Assembly (NCBI GenBank): GCA_964016885.1
Contig: OZ024745.1
Location: 31,682,001-31,746,000 of the forward strand
DNA from: Eledone cirrhosa
Taxonomy: Eukaryota
DNA length: 64,000 bases
Direction of reading: 5' to 3'
This document shows, in pieces, positions 31,042 through 48,204 of the stretch. The notes beneath the pieces are model-generated. The model did no database searches and was not told the origin of the DNA. It saw nothing but the letters and a program-made list of their open reading frames with translations. Each line of letters opens with the position of its first letter. Position 1 is the stretch's first letter. The position numbers and the translations under genes are program-made.

Positions 31042-33341
31042 TAGCTAGCTGGAAGGTTATGAATGTTTACCAGCGAGTAACAAAAAGCAAAACTGCAAGA
31101 TTTGTTCTGTTCAATACGACAAAAACACCGTATTTAAACCTTAATAAATAACAAAAAATACAGATTTCGGATTTTGCGGGATTGGATGTTTGTACGAAAT
31201 TGTGGTGTGTGGAGGAGATAGGTAAAACGTGAACGTTACGATTACATGGTTACACCGTAGTAGGGGTAGTTGAAGCAGCAATTGTTTGGCGAAAGTGAAT
31301 AAACATGAACGGGAATTTATCTTATATATATATGTGTGTGTGTGTGTGTAGCTAAGAGAGAGAGAGAGAGAGTGGGAAGGGGGAGAGAGAGAGAGAGAGA
31401 GTGGCTGACCGCAACCCCTCGTGAAGAAAATGGTGGGTGAAGGGTGTATGAGCGGGATTTTTGACTTTCGAGGTAGCATGATATATATATTTAAAGTAAA
31501 TTATAAGAAGTAGAATGGAAAGGATTTTGTTGTTTTTTGTTTTTTTGTTTGAGAATACGATAGAATTAGGGAATTGGAGGATACGATAGAATTAAGAATG
31601 GGAAGGATTTTGTTGTTTTTTTTGTTTGGGAATACGATGGAATTAAGGAATTTAAGGAATTGGAGAATACGATAGAATTAGCTAGCTGGAAGGTTATGAA
31701 TGTTTACCAGCGAGTAACAAAAAGCAAAACTGCAAGATTTGTTCTGTTCAATACGACAAAAACACCGTATTTAAACCTTAATAAATAACAAAAAATACAG
31801 ATTTCGGATTTTGCGGGATTGGATGTTTGTACGAAATTGTGGTGTGTGGAGGAGATAGGTAAAACGTGAACGTTACGATTACATGGTTACACCGTAGTAG
31901 GGGTAGTTGAAGCAGCAATTGTTTGGCGAAAGTGAATAAACATGAACGGGAATTTATCTTATATATATATGTGTGTGTGTGTGTGTAGCTAAGAGAGTGA
32001 GAGAGAGAGTGGGAAGGGGGAGAGAGAGAAAATGGTGGGTGAAGGGTGTATGAGCGGGATTTTTGACTTTAGCATGATATATATATTTAAAGTAAATTAT
32101 AAGAAGTAGAATGGAAAGGATTTTGTTGTTTTTTGTTTTTTTGTTTGAGAATACGATAGAATTAGGGAATTGGAGGATACGATAGAATTAAGAATGGGAA
32201 GGATTTTGTTTTTTTTTTTGTTTGGGAATACGATGGAATTAAGGAATTTAAGGAATTGGAGAATACGATAGAATTAGCTAGCTGGAAGGTTATGAATGTT
32301 TACCAGCGAGTAACAAAAAGCAAAACTGCAAGATTTGTTCTGTTCAATACGACAAAAACACCGTATTTAAACCTTAATAAATAACAAAAAATACAGATTT
32401 CGGATTTTGCGGGATTGGATGTTTGTACGAAATTGTGGTGTGTGGAGGAGATAGGAAAAACGTGAACGTTACGATTACATGGTTACACCGTAGTAGGGGT
32501 AGTTGAAGCAGCAATTGTTTGGCGAAAGTGAATAAACATGAACGGGAATTTATCTTATATATATATGTGTGTGTGTGTGTGTAGCTAAGAGAGAGAGAGA
32601 GAGAGTGGGAAGGGGGAGAGAGAGAGAGAGAGAGTGGCTGACCGCAACCCCTCGTGAAGAAAATGGTGGGTGAAGGGTGTATGAGCGGGATTTTTGACTT
32701 TCGAGGTAGCATGATATATATATTTAAAGTAAATTATAAGAAGTAGAATGGAAAGGATTTTGTTGTTTTATGTTTTTTTGTTTGAGAATACGATAGAATT
32801 AGGGAATTGGAGGATACGATAGAATTAAGAATGGGAAGGATTTTGTTTTTTTTTTTGTTTGGGAATACGATGGAATTAAGGAATTTAAGGAATTGGAGAA
32901 TACGATAGAATTAGCTAGCTGGAAGGTTATGAATGTTTACCAGCGAGTAACAAAAAGCAAAACTGCAAGATTTGTTCTGTTCAATACGACAAAAACACCG
33001 TATTTAAACCTTAATAAATAACAAAAAATACAGATTTCGGATTTTGCGGGATTGGATGTTTGTACGAAATTGTGGTGTGTGGAGGAGATAGGAAAAACGT
33101 GAACGTTACGATTACATGGTTACACCGTAGTAGGGGTAGTTGAAGCAGCAATTGTTTGGCGAAAGTGAATAAACATGAACGGGAATTTATCTTATATATA
33201 TATGTGTGTGTGTGTGTGTAGCTAAGAGAGAGAGAGAGAGAGTGGGAAGGGGGAGAGAGAGAGAGAGAGAGTGGCTGACCGCAACCCCTCGTGAAGAAAA
33301 TGGTGGGTGAAGGGTGTATGAGCGGGATTTTTGACTTTCGA
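31042..33341 (-). repeat. Tandem 5' monomers of the RTE (637, 596 and 637 bp plus a partial unit)
   Basis: ggaaggttatgaatg at 31051, 31688, 32284 and 32921. Confidence 0.93.
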
Positions 33342-33475
33342 CTTATATATATATATATATATATGTGTGTATATGTATATATGTATATGTATGTGTGTAT
33401 GTGTGTGTGTGTATGTATGTATGTGTGTGTGTGTATGTGTGTGTGTGTATATATATATATATGTATATATATGTA

Positions 33476-33540
<65 letters not shown>

Positions 33541-33576
33541 ATATGTTTATATATATGTATATGATTGTGTGGGCGG

Positions 33577-33622
<46 letters not shown>

Positions 33623-33658
33623 GTGTATATATATGTATATATATGTGTATGTGTGTGT

Positions 33659-35736
33659 ATCGACCCAATAGAGGGACCAGCAGTGTTAGTCGAGGGGAGT
33701 ATAATAAGTAAGGCAATCAAGGATATGAAGACTGGTAAGGCGGCTGGGCCTTCGGAAATAGTTGCTGAGATGCTGAAGGCATCTGGCACGGTGGGACACA
33801 CCATGGTCACCCGCATAGTTAACCAAGTCGTACAAAACGGGGTTGTTCCGAAGGACTGGCATAGCAGCATCATCGTTAACTGTTATAAGGGTAAAGGAGA
33901 CGCCCTAGATAGGAGTAACTATAGAGGCATTAAATTAATCGACCAGGTCATGAAGGTCACGGAAAGAGTAATAGCGCAACTAATCAGAGAGAGAATTGAC
34001 CTAGATGAAATGCAGTTCGGGTTTGTGTCAGGCAAAAGTACCACAGACGCTCTTTTCATAGTACGACAACTACAAGAGAAGTACCTAGCTAAAGGTAAAC
34101 CCCTCTACTTAGCTTTTGTCGACTTGGAGAAAGCCTTCGACAGAGTCCCCCGCTCCATTATCTGGTGGGCTCTTAGAAAACTAGGCGTTGACGAATGGCT
34201 TGTGAGGGCTATACAAGCCATGTATAAAGAAACAGTCAGCAAGGTTAGAATTAACAACGAATATAGTGAAGAGTTTAGCGTAAAAGTCGGCGTCCATCAG
34301 GGCTCTGTTCTCAGTCCACTACTATTTATTATTGCCCTTCAGGCCATAACAGAGGAGTTCAAGACAGGCTGCCCATGGGAACTCCTATACGCAGACGACC
34401 TGACACTCATAGCGGAATCAATGGCCGAGCTAGAGAAGAAATTCCAAACATGGAAGCACGGCCTAGAGTCAAAAGGACTTAAAATTAACCTGGCTAAGAC
34501 CAAAGTACTAGTTTGTAGGAAAGAAAACAAGGCGGCGGTCCCTTCTGGGAAATGGTCGTGCTCGGTGTGTAGGAAAGGCGTAGGTAGAAACTCCATTTTA
34601 TGTCCTAAATGCAAAGTATGGGTGCATAAAAGATGTAGTGGGATCACAGGTAGGCTAACTAAGAACATAGATTTTACATGTGGCCGGTGCTCTGGTGCAA
34701 TAAGTAGCAGCAAGTGCCCACAAACTACTAGCTCTTTCAATTGCGCAGTGGGTTCTATAGAAATAGTGGACAGCTTCCGTTACCTGGGCGATAAAATCAG
34801 CAGTGGGGGAGGGTGCTCTGAAAGTACTGTAGCTAGAGTCAGAAGTGGTTGGAAAAAGTTCAGAGAGCTTATACCACTATTAGCTGCTAAAGGGTTCTCA
34901 CTAAAAATGAAAGGCAGGTTGTACGATGCCTGCATACGAACAGCAATGCTGCATGGCAGTGAGACCTGGGCATTGTGTGCAGAGGATATACGCAGACTAG
35001 AGAGGAACGAAGCTTGCATGCTCCGCTGGATGTGTAACAGTAATATACGTGAACGGCAAAGCATAAACGAACTAAGGAATAAATTAGAGATAAGAGGGAT
35101 CAGATGTTGTTTACTCGAGAGAAGGCTACGTTGGTATGGACACGTGATGCGCATGAAAGTCGATAGCTGTATAACAAAGTGCAGGGCAATAAAGATAGAC
35201 GGTAGTCACGGAATAGGCAGACCTAGAAAAACCTGGGACGAGCTGATAAACTCCGACATCACACACTTACACCTCTCCAAGACAATGTCACTGGACCGAG
35301 ACCTTTGGCGGTACTCAGTAACAGAGAAAACCCGCCTTACCTAAATATATAGTAAAACCTACTCCAGCCAGTAGGCATCTCTAACAAATACACCCCGTCC
35401 CACCACCCCCACCCGATCCACACCACCCCGTTCTATGTAAAGTTATGTTGGTGCCGCGCCATCGAGGCCGAAACAAATGAGATCGTGTAGGTGTCACGAC
35501 AAAAAAACACACAGTCCACGCTGTAATGTGGCCGTGTAGGCAACACGGTAAAAACCTCCCAGACCCACACTGTAAATGTGGTTGGTGTTAGGAAGGGCAT
35601 CCAACTGTAGAAAACCTGCCAGACAGTCCTATGCGAGCAAGACAATCACTCTTGCCTCAAGTGGGACTACCCCCGTCCAAACCCATGCAAGCGTGGAACA
35701 CGGACGTTAAACGTTGATGATGATGATGATGATGAT
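33659..35736 (+). mobile_element. 5'-truncated RTE LINE (RT through tail, frame open)
   Basis: Begins at [11 protein letters not shown] and is nearly identical to the 27576-30830 protein. (GAT)n tail. Confidence 0.93.
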
Positions 35737-35795
35737 ATGCGTGTATGTGTGTGTGTGTATATGTATGTATATGAATGTGAGTATATATATATATA

Positions 35796-35830
<35 letters not shown>

Positions 35831-35899
35831 GTGTGTATATATATATATGTATATATATATATATGTATGTATGTGTATGTGTATGTGTGTGTGTATGTG

Positions 35900-35970
<71 letters not shown>

Positions 35971-36203
35971 ATGTATGTGTATATGTGTGTGTGTATATAT
36001 ATGTATATATGTATATAATTATATGTGTGTGTGTGTGTGTATGTGTGTATATGTGTGTGTATATATATGTGTATATGTATGTGTATGTGTGTATGTATAT
36101 GTATATATATGTGTGTATGCGTGTGTATTTGTGTGTGTATATGTATATGTGTGTGTATGTGTATGTATGTATATATGTGTGTATATATATATATTTGTAT
36201 ATA

Positions 36204-36244
<41 letters not shown>

Positions 36245-36357
36245 GTATGTATATATATGTATATGTGTATGTATATATATATATATATATGTGCATGAGA
36301 GAGAGAGGGTGTGTTTATATATTTTGTGTGTGGGTGTGTGTATGTGTGTATGCGCGC

Positions 36358-36391
<34 letters not shown>

Positions 36392-36524
36392 GTGTATGTG
36401 TATATATGTGTATATATATGTGTATGTATGTGTGTGTGTATATGTGCGTTATATGTCTGTGTATATATATGTGTATATTTATGTATAGGTCTGTGTATGT
36501 ATGTGTATGTTTGTGTATGTATGG

Positions 36525-36558
<34 letters not shown>

Positions 36559-36562
36559 ATAG

Positions 36563-36604
<42 letters not shown>

Positions 36605-36763
36605 GTGTATATATGTATATATATGTATATGTATGTGTGTGTATATGTGTGTGTATAGATATTTATACATATGTATACTCGTGTTTGTATGTATGCGTGT
36701 GAGTGTATTTATTTGTGTATATATGTGCGTGTGTGTGTATGTATGTGTATGTGTGTGTGTATC

Positions 36764-36854
<91 letters not shown>

Positions 36855-36896
36855 GTGTGTGTGTGTATGTGTGTATATATATATATATATATATGT

Positions 36897-36947
<51 letters not shown>

Positions 36948-37593
36948 GTATATGTGTATATATATATCTATATATATGTGTGTGTATGTGTATGTGTATA
37001 TGTATTATATATGTATGTATGTATGTATGTGTGTATGTATGTGTGTGTACATGAATATATATTTATATATATTTATATATTTTTTTATATATGTGTGTGT
37101 GTTTTTATGTGTGTATATGTGTTTGTGTGTGTGTTTATGGTTGCGCGTAAGTGTGTGAGTGAGTATGTGTGTTTTTTTGTTTTTTATGTGTGTTTTATGC
37201 ACTCAGTATTTTGAATCTGTCTGCAGAATTCTCTAGACCTTTGTCACTTAGTAGAACCTTAATGACTTTAGCTTTTAAAGAATCTCCCTTTTCTTTAATT
37301 CTATTGAGCATGACTGACCCCCCACTGATTTTATAGACATCTGTTAGCTTAAGAGAAACTTATTGACAAGGAATGGTATGCCATCCGGAACCTGTTTATA
37401 GAATTCTGTCTGCCTTTGTTACTCTAAAAACATAAATAAATATAAATAAAAATAAAAATTAACTATAGCTTTGTAGAATTAGCTTTTAATGAATTCCCTT
37501 TTCTATCAACCAATGACCTGCACCCATCCCACTCCCCACCCTCTCCTACCACTTGTAGAGACCTATAAATGCCATATTTATTTTTTGATACCC

Positions 37594-37644
37594 AGATTCC
37601 TGATGATTTCTAATAAATGAAACAGTTCTAGTCCTGTAGAATCT
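37594..37644 (+). ncRNA. Type I hammerhead ribozyme in the 3' pseudo-LTR
   Basis: agattc-CTGATGA-tttctaataaat-GAAA-cag..ctg-TA-gaatct, with one stem II change relative to the 5' copy. Confidence 0.82.
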
Positions 37645-37726
37645 CATCTATATTAAAACTGTTATACTCTGCTATGTATTGAGTACCTTACTTACTGTGG
37701 TTACCTCCGATTCAACCCGGAATAAC

Positions 37727-38901
<1,175 letters not shown>

Positions 38902-38964
38902 CATATATATACATACATACATATATATATATACATATATATACATACATATATATACATATAT

Positions 38965-39085
<121 letters not shown>

Positions 39086-39093
39086 TATACATA

Positions 39094-39182
<89 letters not shown>

Positions 39183-39183
39183 G

Positions 39184-39368
<185 letters not shown>

Positions 39369-39369
39369 G

Positions 39370-39470
<101 letters not shown>

Positions 39471-39471
39471 G

Positions 39472-39612
<141 letters not shown>

Positions 39613-39619
39613 GTATATA

Positions 39620-39706
<87 letters not shown>

Positions 39707-39723
39707 ATATATATATATATATA

Positions 39724-41294
39724 TTAGAAAACTCGGCGTTGACGAATGGCTTGTGAGGGCTATACAAGCCATGTATAAAGAAACAGTCAGCAAGGTTAGA
39801 ATTAACAACGAATATAGTGAAGAGTTTAGCGTAAAAGTTGGCGTCCATCAGGGCTCTGTTCTCAGTCCACTACTATTTATTATTGCCCTTCAGGCTATAA
39901 CAGAGGAGTTCAAGACAGGCTGCCCATGGGAACTCCTATACGCAGACGACCTGACACTCATAGCGGAATCAATGGCCGAGCTAGAGAAGAAATTCCAAAC
40001 ATGGAAGCACGGCCTAGAGTCAAAAGGACTTAAAATTAACCTGGCTAAGACCAAAGTACTAGTTTGTAGGAAAGAAAACAAGGCGGCGGTCCCTTCTGGG
40101 AAATGGTCGTGCTCGGTGTGTAGGAAAGGCGTAGGTAGAAACTCCATTTTATGTCCTAAATGCAAAGTATGGGTGCATAAAAGATGTAGTGGGATCACAG
40201 GTAAGCTAACTAAGAACATAGATTTTACATGTGGCCGGTGCTCTGGTGCAATAAGTAGCAGCAAGTGCCCACAAACTACTAGCTCTTTCAATTGCGCAGA
40301 GGGTTCTATAGAAATAGTGGACAGCTTCCGTTACCTGGGCGATAAAATCAGCAGTGGGGGAGGGTGCTCTGAAAGTACTGTAGCTAGAGTCAGAACTGGT
40401 TGGAAAAAGTTCAGAGAGCTTATACCACTATTAGCTGCTAAAGGGTTCTCACTAAAAATGAAAGGCAGGTTGTACGATGCCTGCATACGAACAGCAATGC
40501 TGCATGGCAGTGAGACCTGGGCATTGTGTGCAGAGGATATACGCAGACTAGAGAGGAACGAAGCTTGCATGCTCCGCTGGATGTGTAACAGTAATATACG
40601 TGAACGGCAAAGCATAAACGAACTAAGGAAAAAATTAGAGATAAGAGGGATCAGATGTTGTTTACTCGAGAGAAGGCTACGTTGGTATGGACACGTGATG
40701 CGCATGAAAGTCGATAGCTGTATAACAAAGTGCAGGGCAATAAAGATAGACGGTAGTCACGGAATAGGCAGACCTAGAAAAACCTGGGACGAGCTGATAA
40801 ACTCCGACATCACACACTTACACCTCTCCAAGACAATGTCACTGGACCGAGACCTTTGGCGGTACTCAGTAACAGAGAAGACCCGCCTTACCTAAATATA
40901 TAGTAAAACCTACTCCAGCCAGTAGGCATCTCTAACAAAATACACCCCGTCCCACCACCCCCACCCCCACCCGATCCACACCACCCCGTTCTATGTAAAG
41001 TTATGTTGGTGCCGCGCCATCGAGGCCGAAACAAATGAGATCGTGTAGGTGTCACGACAAAAAAACACACAGTCCACGCTGTAATGTGGCCGTGTAGGCA
41101 ACACGGTAAAAACCTCCCAGACCCACACTGTAAATGTGGTTGGTGTTAGGAAGGGCATCCAACTGTAGAAAACCTGCCAGACAGTCCTATGCGAGCAAGA
41201 CAATCACTCTTGCCTCAAGTGGGACTACCCCCGTCCAAACCCATGCAAGCGTGGAACACGGACGTTAAACGTTGATGATGATGATGATGATGAT
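39724..41294 (+). mobile_element. 5'-truncated RTE LINE
   Basis: [21 protein letters not shown], 3' UTR and (GAT)n tail. Confidence 0.93.
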
Positions 41295-41307
41295 ATATAT
41301 ATATATG

Positions 41308-41383
<76 letters not shown>

Positions 41384-41389
41384 TGTGTG

Positions 41390-41955
<566 letters not shown>

Positions 41956-41957
41956 TG

Positions 41958-42034
<77 letters not shown>

Positions 42035-42040
42035 TATGTG

Positions 42041-42565
<525 letters not shown>

Positions 42566-42621
42566 TAATCTTCTATACACAATCATACACACCCGTGTAT
42601 ATTTACCTATCTATATCTATC

Positions 42622-42715
<94 letters not shown>

Positions 42716-42722
42716 CATATAT

Positions 42723-42901
42723 ATCATCATCATCGGGTTTAGCGTCCGTGTTCCACGCTTGCATGGGTTTGGACGGGGGTTTTCCCACTTGAGGCAAGAA
42801 TGGTTGTCTTGCTCGCATAGGACTGTCTGGCGGGTTTTCTACAGCTGGATGCCCTTCCTAACACCAACCACATTTACAGTGTGGGGCTGGGAGGTTTTTA
42901 C
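42723..42901 (-). mobile_element. RTE 3' UTR fragment
   Basis: (ATC)n followed by the reverse complement of the RTE 3' end. Confidence 0.85.
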
Positions 42902-43070
42902 ACAAAAATACATACACATATTTACAAAATTTTTTTCTCCCTTACCTCCCCTTATATTTTACCTCCTCTTAGCCCCCCCCCCATATATTCTTTTTGTTTT
43001 GCCCTTCACATACCTATGCGTATGTGTATGTATTTTTGTGTGTATATATATATGTATATATATATATATG

Positions 43071-43141
<71 letters not shown>

Positions 43142-43219
43142 ACGTGTATGTGTATATATATGTATATTTGTGTGTGTATATGTATGTATATGTGGATAAA
43201 CCAGGTTTTTTTCATTTTT

Positions 43220-43279
43220 TTTCATTCTGAAGACTGAAGGAAACATTTTTTGCTTTTAAGAAACCTCTGGTGAATGGAA
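43220..43279 (+). ncRNA. Hammerhead family E, decayed copy (GUG triplet)
   Basis: tttcatt-CTGAAGA-imperfect stem II-GAAA-cc tct gg-TG-aatggaa. Homologous to 44277-44336. Confidence 0.55.
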
Positions 43280-43421
43280 TAATTGCCTTATGTTGCTTTA
43301 TTACTTTACTACTATATATACGTTTATGTAAGGTTCATTTGTCTTTTCTAATACTGAGTTTTACACATACACACATGTATATGTGTGTGTGTATGTGTAT
43401 GCATATGTGTATATATACGTA

Positions 43422-43484
<63 letters not shown>

Positions 43485-43964
43485 GTATATATGTGTGTGT
43501 GTATTTATTTATTATTTTTTATGTATATGTGTGTGTGTGGTTGTGTGTGTGTGTGTGTGTGTGTATTTGTATTTGGCTGTGCGTGTTTTTGATATATACG
43601 TATTTGCATGTGTATAATTGTTTAGCTATGTATATATATGTGTGTTTACGTATATGCGTGTGTGTGCGTTTATATTTTTATATATATATATATATATATT
43701 TTTTTTTTCTTATATTTATTTGCGTGTGTGAATATGTAGAGGAGTGCATTCATGTATGTATGTACGTTTTGTATGTTTGTGTGAATGTATGTATGTGTGT
43801 ATATATATGTGTGTGTGTATGGCTACGTTTGTGTATGTGTATGCTTGTACACACACATGTGAATGTGTGTGTATGTGTATGTGTGTATATGTATATATGT
43901 GTGTATATGTATATATATGTATATATATATATATATGTACATATATATATGTGTGTGGATATGC

Positions 43965-43996
<32 letters not shown>

Positions 43997-44276
43997 GTGT
44001 ATATGTATTAATGTTTGTATGTGTATATATGTGTTTGTGTATGTAAGTGTACGTTTTATATATATGTGTATATGTATATATGTATGCGTACATATATATA
44101 TATATGTATATATGTATGTGTGTGTAAGTATGCTTTTGGGTTTTTTTTGTGTGTGTGTTTGCATGCGTAGTTTTTATTTTATTTTATTTTTCCTTTCCTT
44201 CTCCCTTCTCCAGCCTCACTTTCATATAGATTACATTTTTGTTTGTAATCCAAATTCAATAAACAAACCAGGATTT

Positions 44277-44336
44277 TTCCGTTCTGAGGATTGAAAGCAA
44301 AACCTTTTGCTTTTAAGAAACCACTGGTAAATGGAA
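44277..44336 (+). ncRNA. Type I hammerhead ribozyme (family E)
   Basis: ttccgtt-CTGAGGA-ttgaaagcaaaa cc ttttgcttttaa-GAAA-cc act gg-TA-aatggaa. Confidence 0.85.
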
Positions 44337-44366
44337 TAATTGCCTTATGTTGTTTATTACATAATA

Positions 44367-44409
<43 letters not shown>

Positions 44410-44412
44410 GTG

Positions 44413-44549
<137 letters not shown>

Positions 44550-44568
44550 ATATGTATATATATATGTG

Positions 44569-44607
<39 letters not shown>

Positions 44608-44638
44608 ATATGTATATATATATATATATATATATGTG

Positions 44639-44679
<41 letters not shown>

Positions 44680-44736
44680 ATATGTATATATATATATATA
44701 TATGTCTATATTCACATATGTATATATATATATATA

Positions 44737-47243
44737 TATGTCTATATTCACATATATATCGCTATTTCAGAGCATTTATTCCAATTTCTAATTTCTGCCG
44801 GACCGGCAACCGCTCTTTCAAACCAGTTCCTGTACACAGCTAAGTATTCTATAAGTCTCTAGCTGTGTCATTCTCGATGGAAGCACTGGATATGTAGTCC
44901 TGACGATTTCTAATAAGAATGAAACGCGTAGATTTACTTCCCTTGCTTTTATCGAGAATCTAATTGTAATACGTGACGTATTCTATTCTATAGCGATTAG
45001 GTCTTCAAAATGTTTATTATAAACATACAGAATATTTTCGAATATTCTATGTCTATATTCACATATATATCGCTATTTCAGAGCATTTATTCCAATTTCT
45101 AATTTCTGCCGGACCGGCAACCGCTCTTTCAAACCAGTTCCTGTACACAGCTAAGTATTCTATAAGTCTCTAGCTGTGTCATTCTCGATGGAAGCACTGG
45201 ATATGTAGTCCTGACGATTTCTAATAAGAATGAAACGCGTAGATTTACTTCCCTTGCTTTTATCGAGAATCTAATTGTAATACGTGACGTATTCTATTCT
45301 ATAGCGATTAGGTCTTCAAAATGTTTATTATAAACATACAGAATATTTTCGAATATTCTATGTCTATATTCACATATATATCGCTATTTCAGAGCATTTA
45401 TTCCAATTTCTAATTTCTGCCGGACCGGCAACCGCTCTTTCAAACCAGTTCCTGTACACAGCTAAGTATTCTATAAGTCTCTAGCTGTGTCATTCTCGAT
45501 GGAAGCACTGGATATGTAGTCCTGACGATTTCTAATAAGAATGAAACGCGTAGATTTACTTCCCTTGCTTTTATCGAGAATCTAATTGTAATACGTGACG
45601 TATTCTATTCTATAGCGATTAGGTCTTCAAAATGTTTATTATAAACATACAGAATATTTTCGAATATTCTATGTCTATATTCACATATATATCGCTATTT
45701 CAGAGCATTTATTCCAATTTCTAATTTCTGCCGGACCGGCAACCGCTCTTTCAAACCAGTTCCTGTACACAGCTAAGTATTCTATAAGTCTCTAGCTGTG
45801 TCATTCTCGATGGAAGCACTGGATATGTAGTCCTGACGATTTCTAATAAGAATGAAACGCGTAGATTTACTTCCCTTGCTTTTATCGAGAATCTAATTGT
45901 AATACGTGACGTATTCTATTCTATAGCGATTAGGTCTTCAAAATGTTTATTATAAACATACAGAATATTTTCGAATATTCTATGTCTATATTCACATATA
46001 TATCGCTATTTCAGAGCATTTATTCCAATTTCTAATTTCTGCCGGACCGGCAACCGCTCTTTCAAACCAGTTCCTGTACACAGCTAAGTATTCTATAAGT
46101 CTCTAGCTGTGTCATTCTCGATGGAAGCACTGGATATGTAGTCCTGACGATTTCTAATAAGAATGAAACGCGTAGATTTACTTCCCTTGCTTTTATCGAG
46201 AATCTAATTGTAATACGTGACGTATTCTATTCTATAGCGATTAGGTCTTCAAAATGTTTATTATAAACATACAGAATATTTTCGAATATTCTATGTCTAT
46301 ATTCACATATATATCGCTATTTCAGAGCATTTATTCCAATTTCTAATTTCTGCCGGACCGGCAACCGCTCTTTCAAACCAGTTCCTGTACACAGCTAAGT
46401 ATTCTATAAGTCTCTAGCTGTGTCATTCTCGATGGAAGCACTGGATATGTAGTCCTGACGATTTCTAATAAGAATGAAACGCGTAGATTTACTTCCCTTG
46501 CTTTTATCGAGAATCTAATTGTAATACGTGACGTATTCTATTCTATAGCGATTAGGTCTTCAAAATGTTTATTATAAACATACAGAATATTTTCGAATAT
46601 TCTATGTCTATATTCACATATATATCGCTATTTCAGAGCATTTATTCCAATTTCTAATTTCTGCCGGACCGGCAACCGCTCTTTCAAACCAGTTCCTGTA
46701 CACAGCTAAGTATTCTATAAGTCTCTAGCTGTGTCATTCTCGATGGAAGCACTGGATATGTAGTCCTGACGATTTCTAATAAGAATGAAACGCGTAGATT
46801 TACTTCCCTTGCTTTTATCGAGAATCTAATTGTAATACGTGACGTATTCTATTCTATAGCGATTAGGTCTTCAAAATGTTTATTATAAACATACAGAATA
46901 TTTTCGAATATTCTATGTCTATATTCACATATATATCGCTATTTCAGAGCATTTATTCCAATTTCTAATTTCTGCCGGACCGGCAACCGCTCTTTCAAAC
47001 CAGTTCCTGTACACAGCTAAGTATTCTATAAGTCTCTAGCTGTGTCATTCTCGATGGAAGCACTGGATATGTAGTCCTGACGATTTCTAATAAGAATGAA
47101 ACGCGTAGATTTACTTCCCTTGCTTTTATCGAGAATCTAATTGTAATACGTGACGTATTCTATTCTATAGCGATTAGGTCTTCAAAATGTTTATTATAAA
47201 CATACAGAATATTTTCGAATATTCTATGTCTATATTCACATAT
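44737..47243 (+). mobile_element. Retrozyme-like tandem array, family A variant: 8 x 311-bp monomers
   Basis: CTGACGA at 44900+311k, k=0-7. About 7 substitutions relative to the 8.8-16.4 kb monomer, fixed in all units. Confidence 0.92.
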
Positions 47244-47258
47244 ATATATATATATGTG

Positions 47259-47381
<123 letters not shown>

Positions 47382-47419
47382 ATATGTATATATATATATA
47401 TATATATGTGTATATATAT

Positions 47420-48100
<681 letters not shown>

Positions 48101-48117
48101 GTATATATATATATGTA

Positions 48118-48202
<85 letters not shown>

Positions 48203-48204
<2 letters not shown>

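Larger units (their letters stand above)
27216..33341 (-). mobile_element. Full-length RTE LINE with tandem 5' monomers
   Basis: (GAT)n tail at 27216, intact ORF, 5' UTR to about 31048, then the monomer array. Confidence 0.9.

Noticed and set aside
27216-35736. Head-to-head RTE pair as one twin-primed insertion
   Set aside because: Both have their own tails, overlap in content and differ in 3' UTR subtype, so they are independent insertions.
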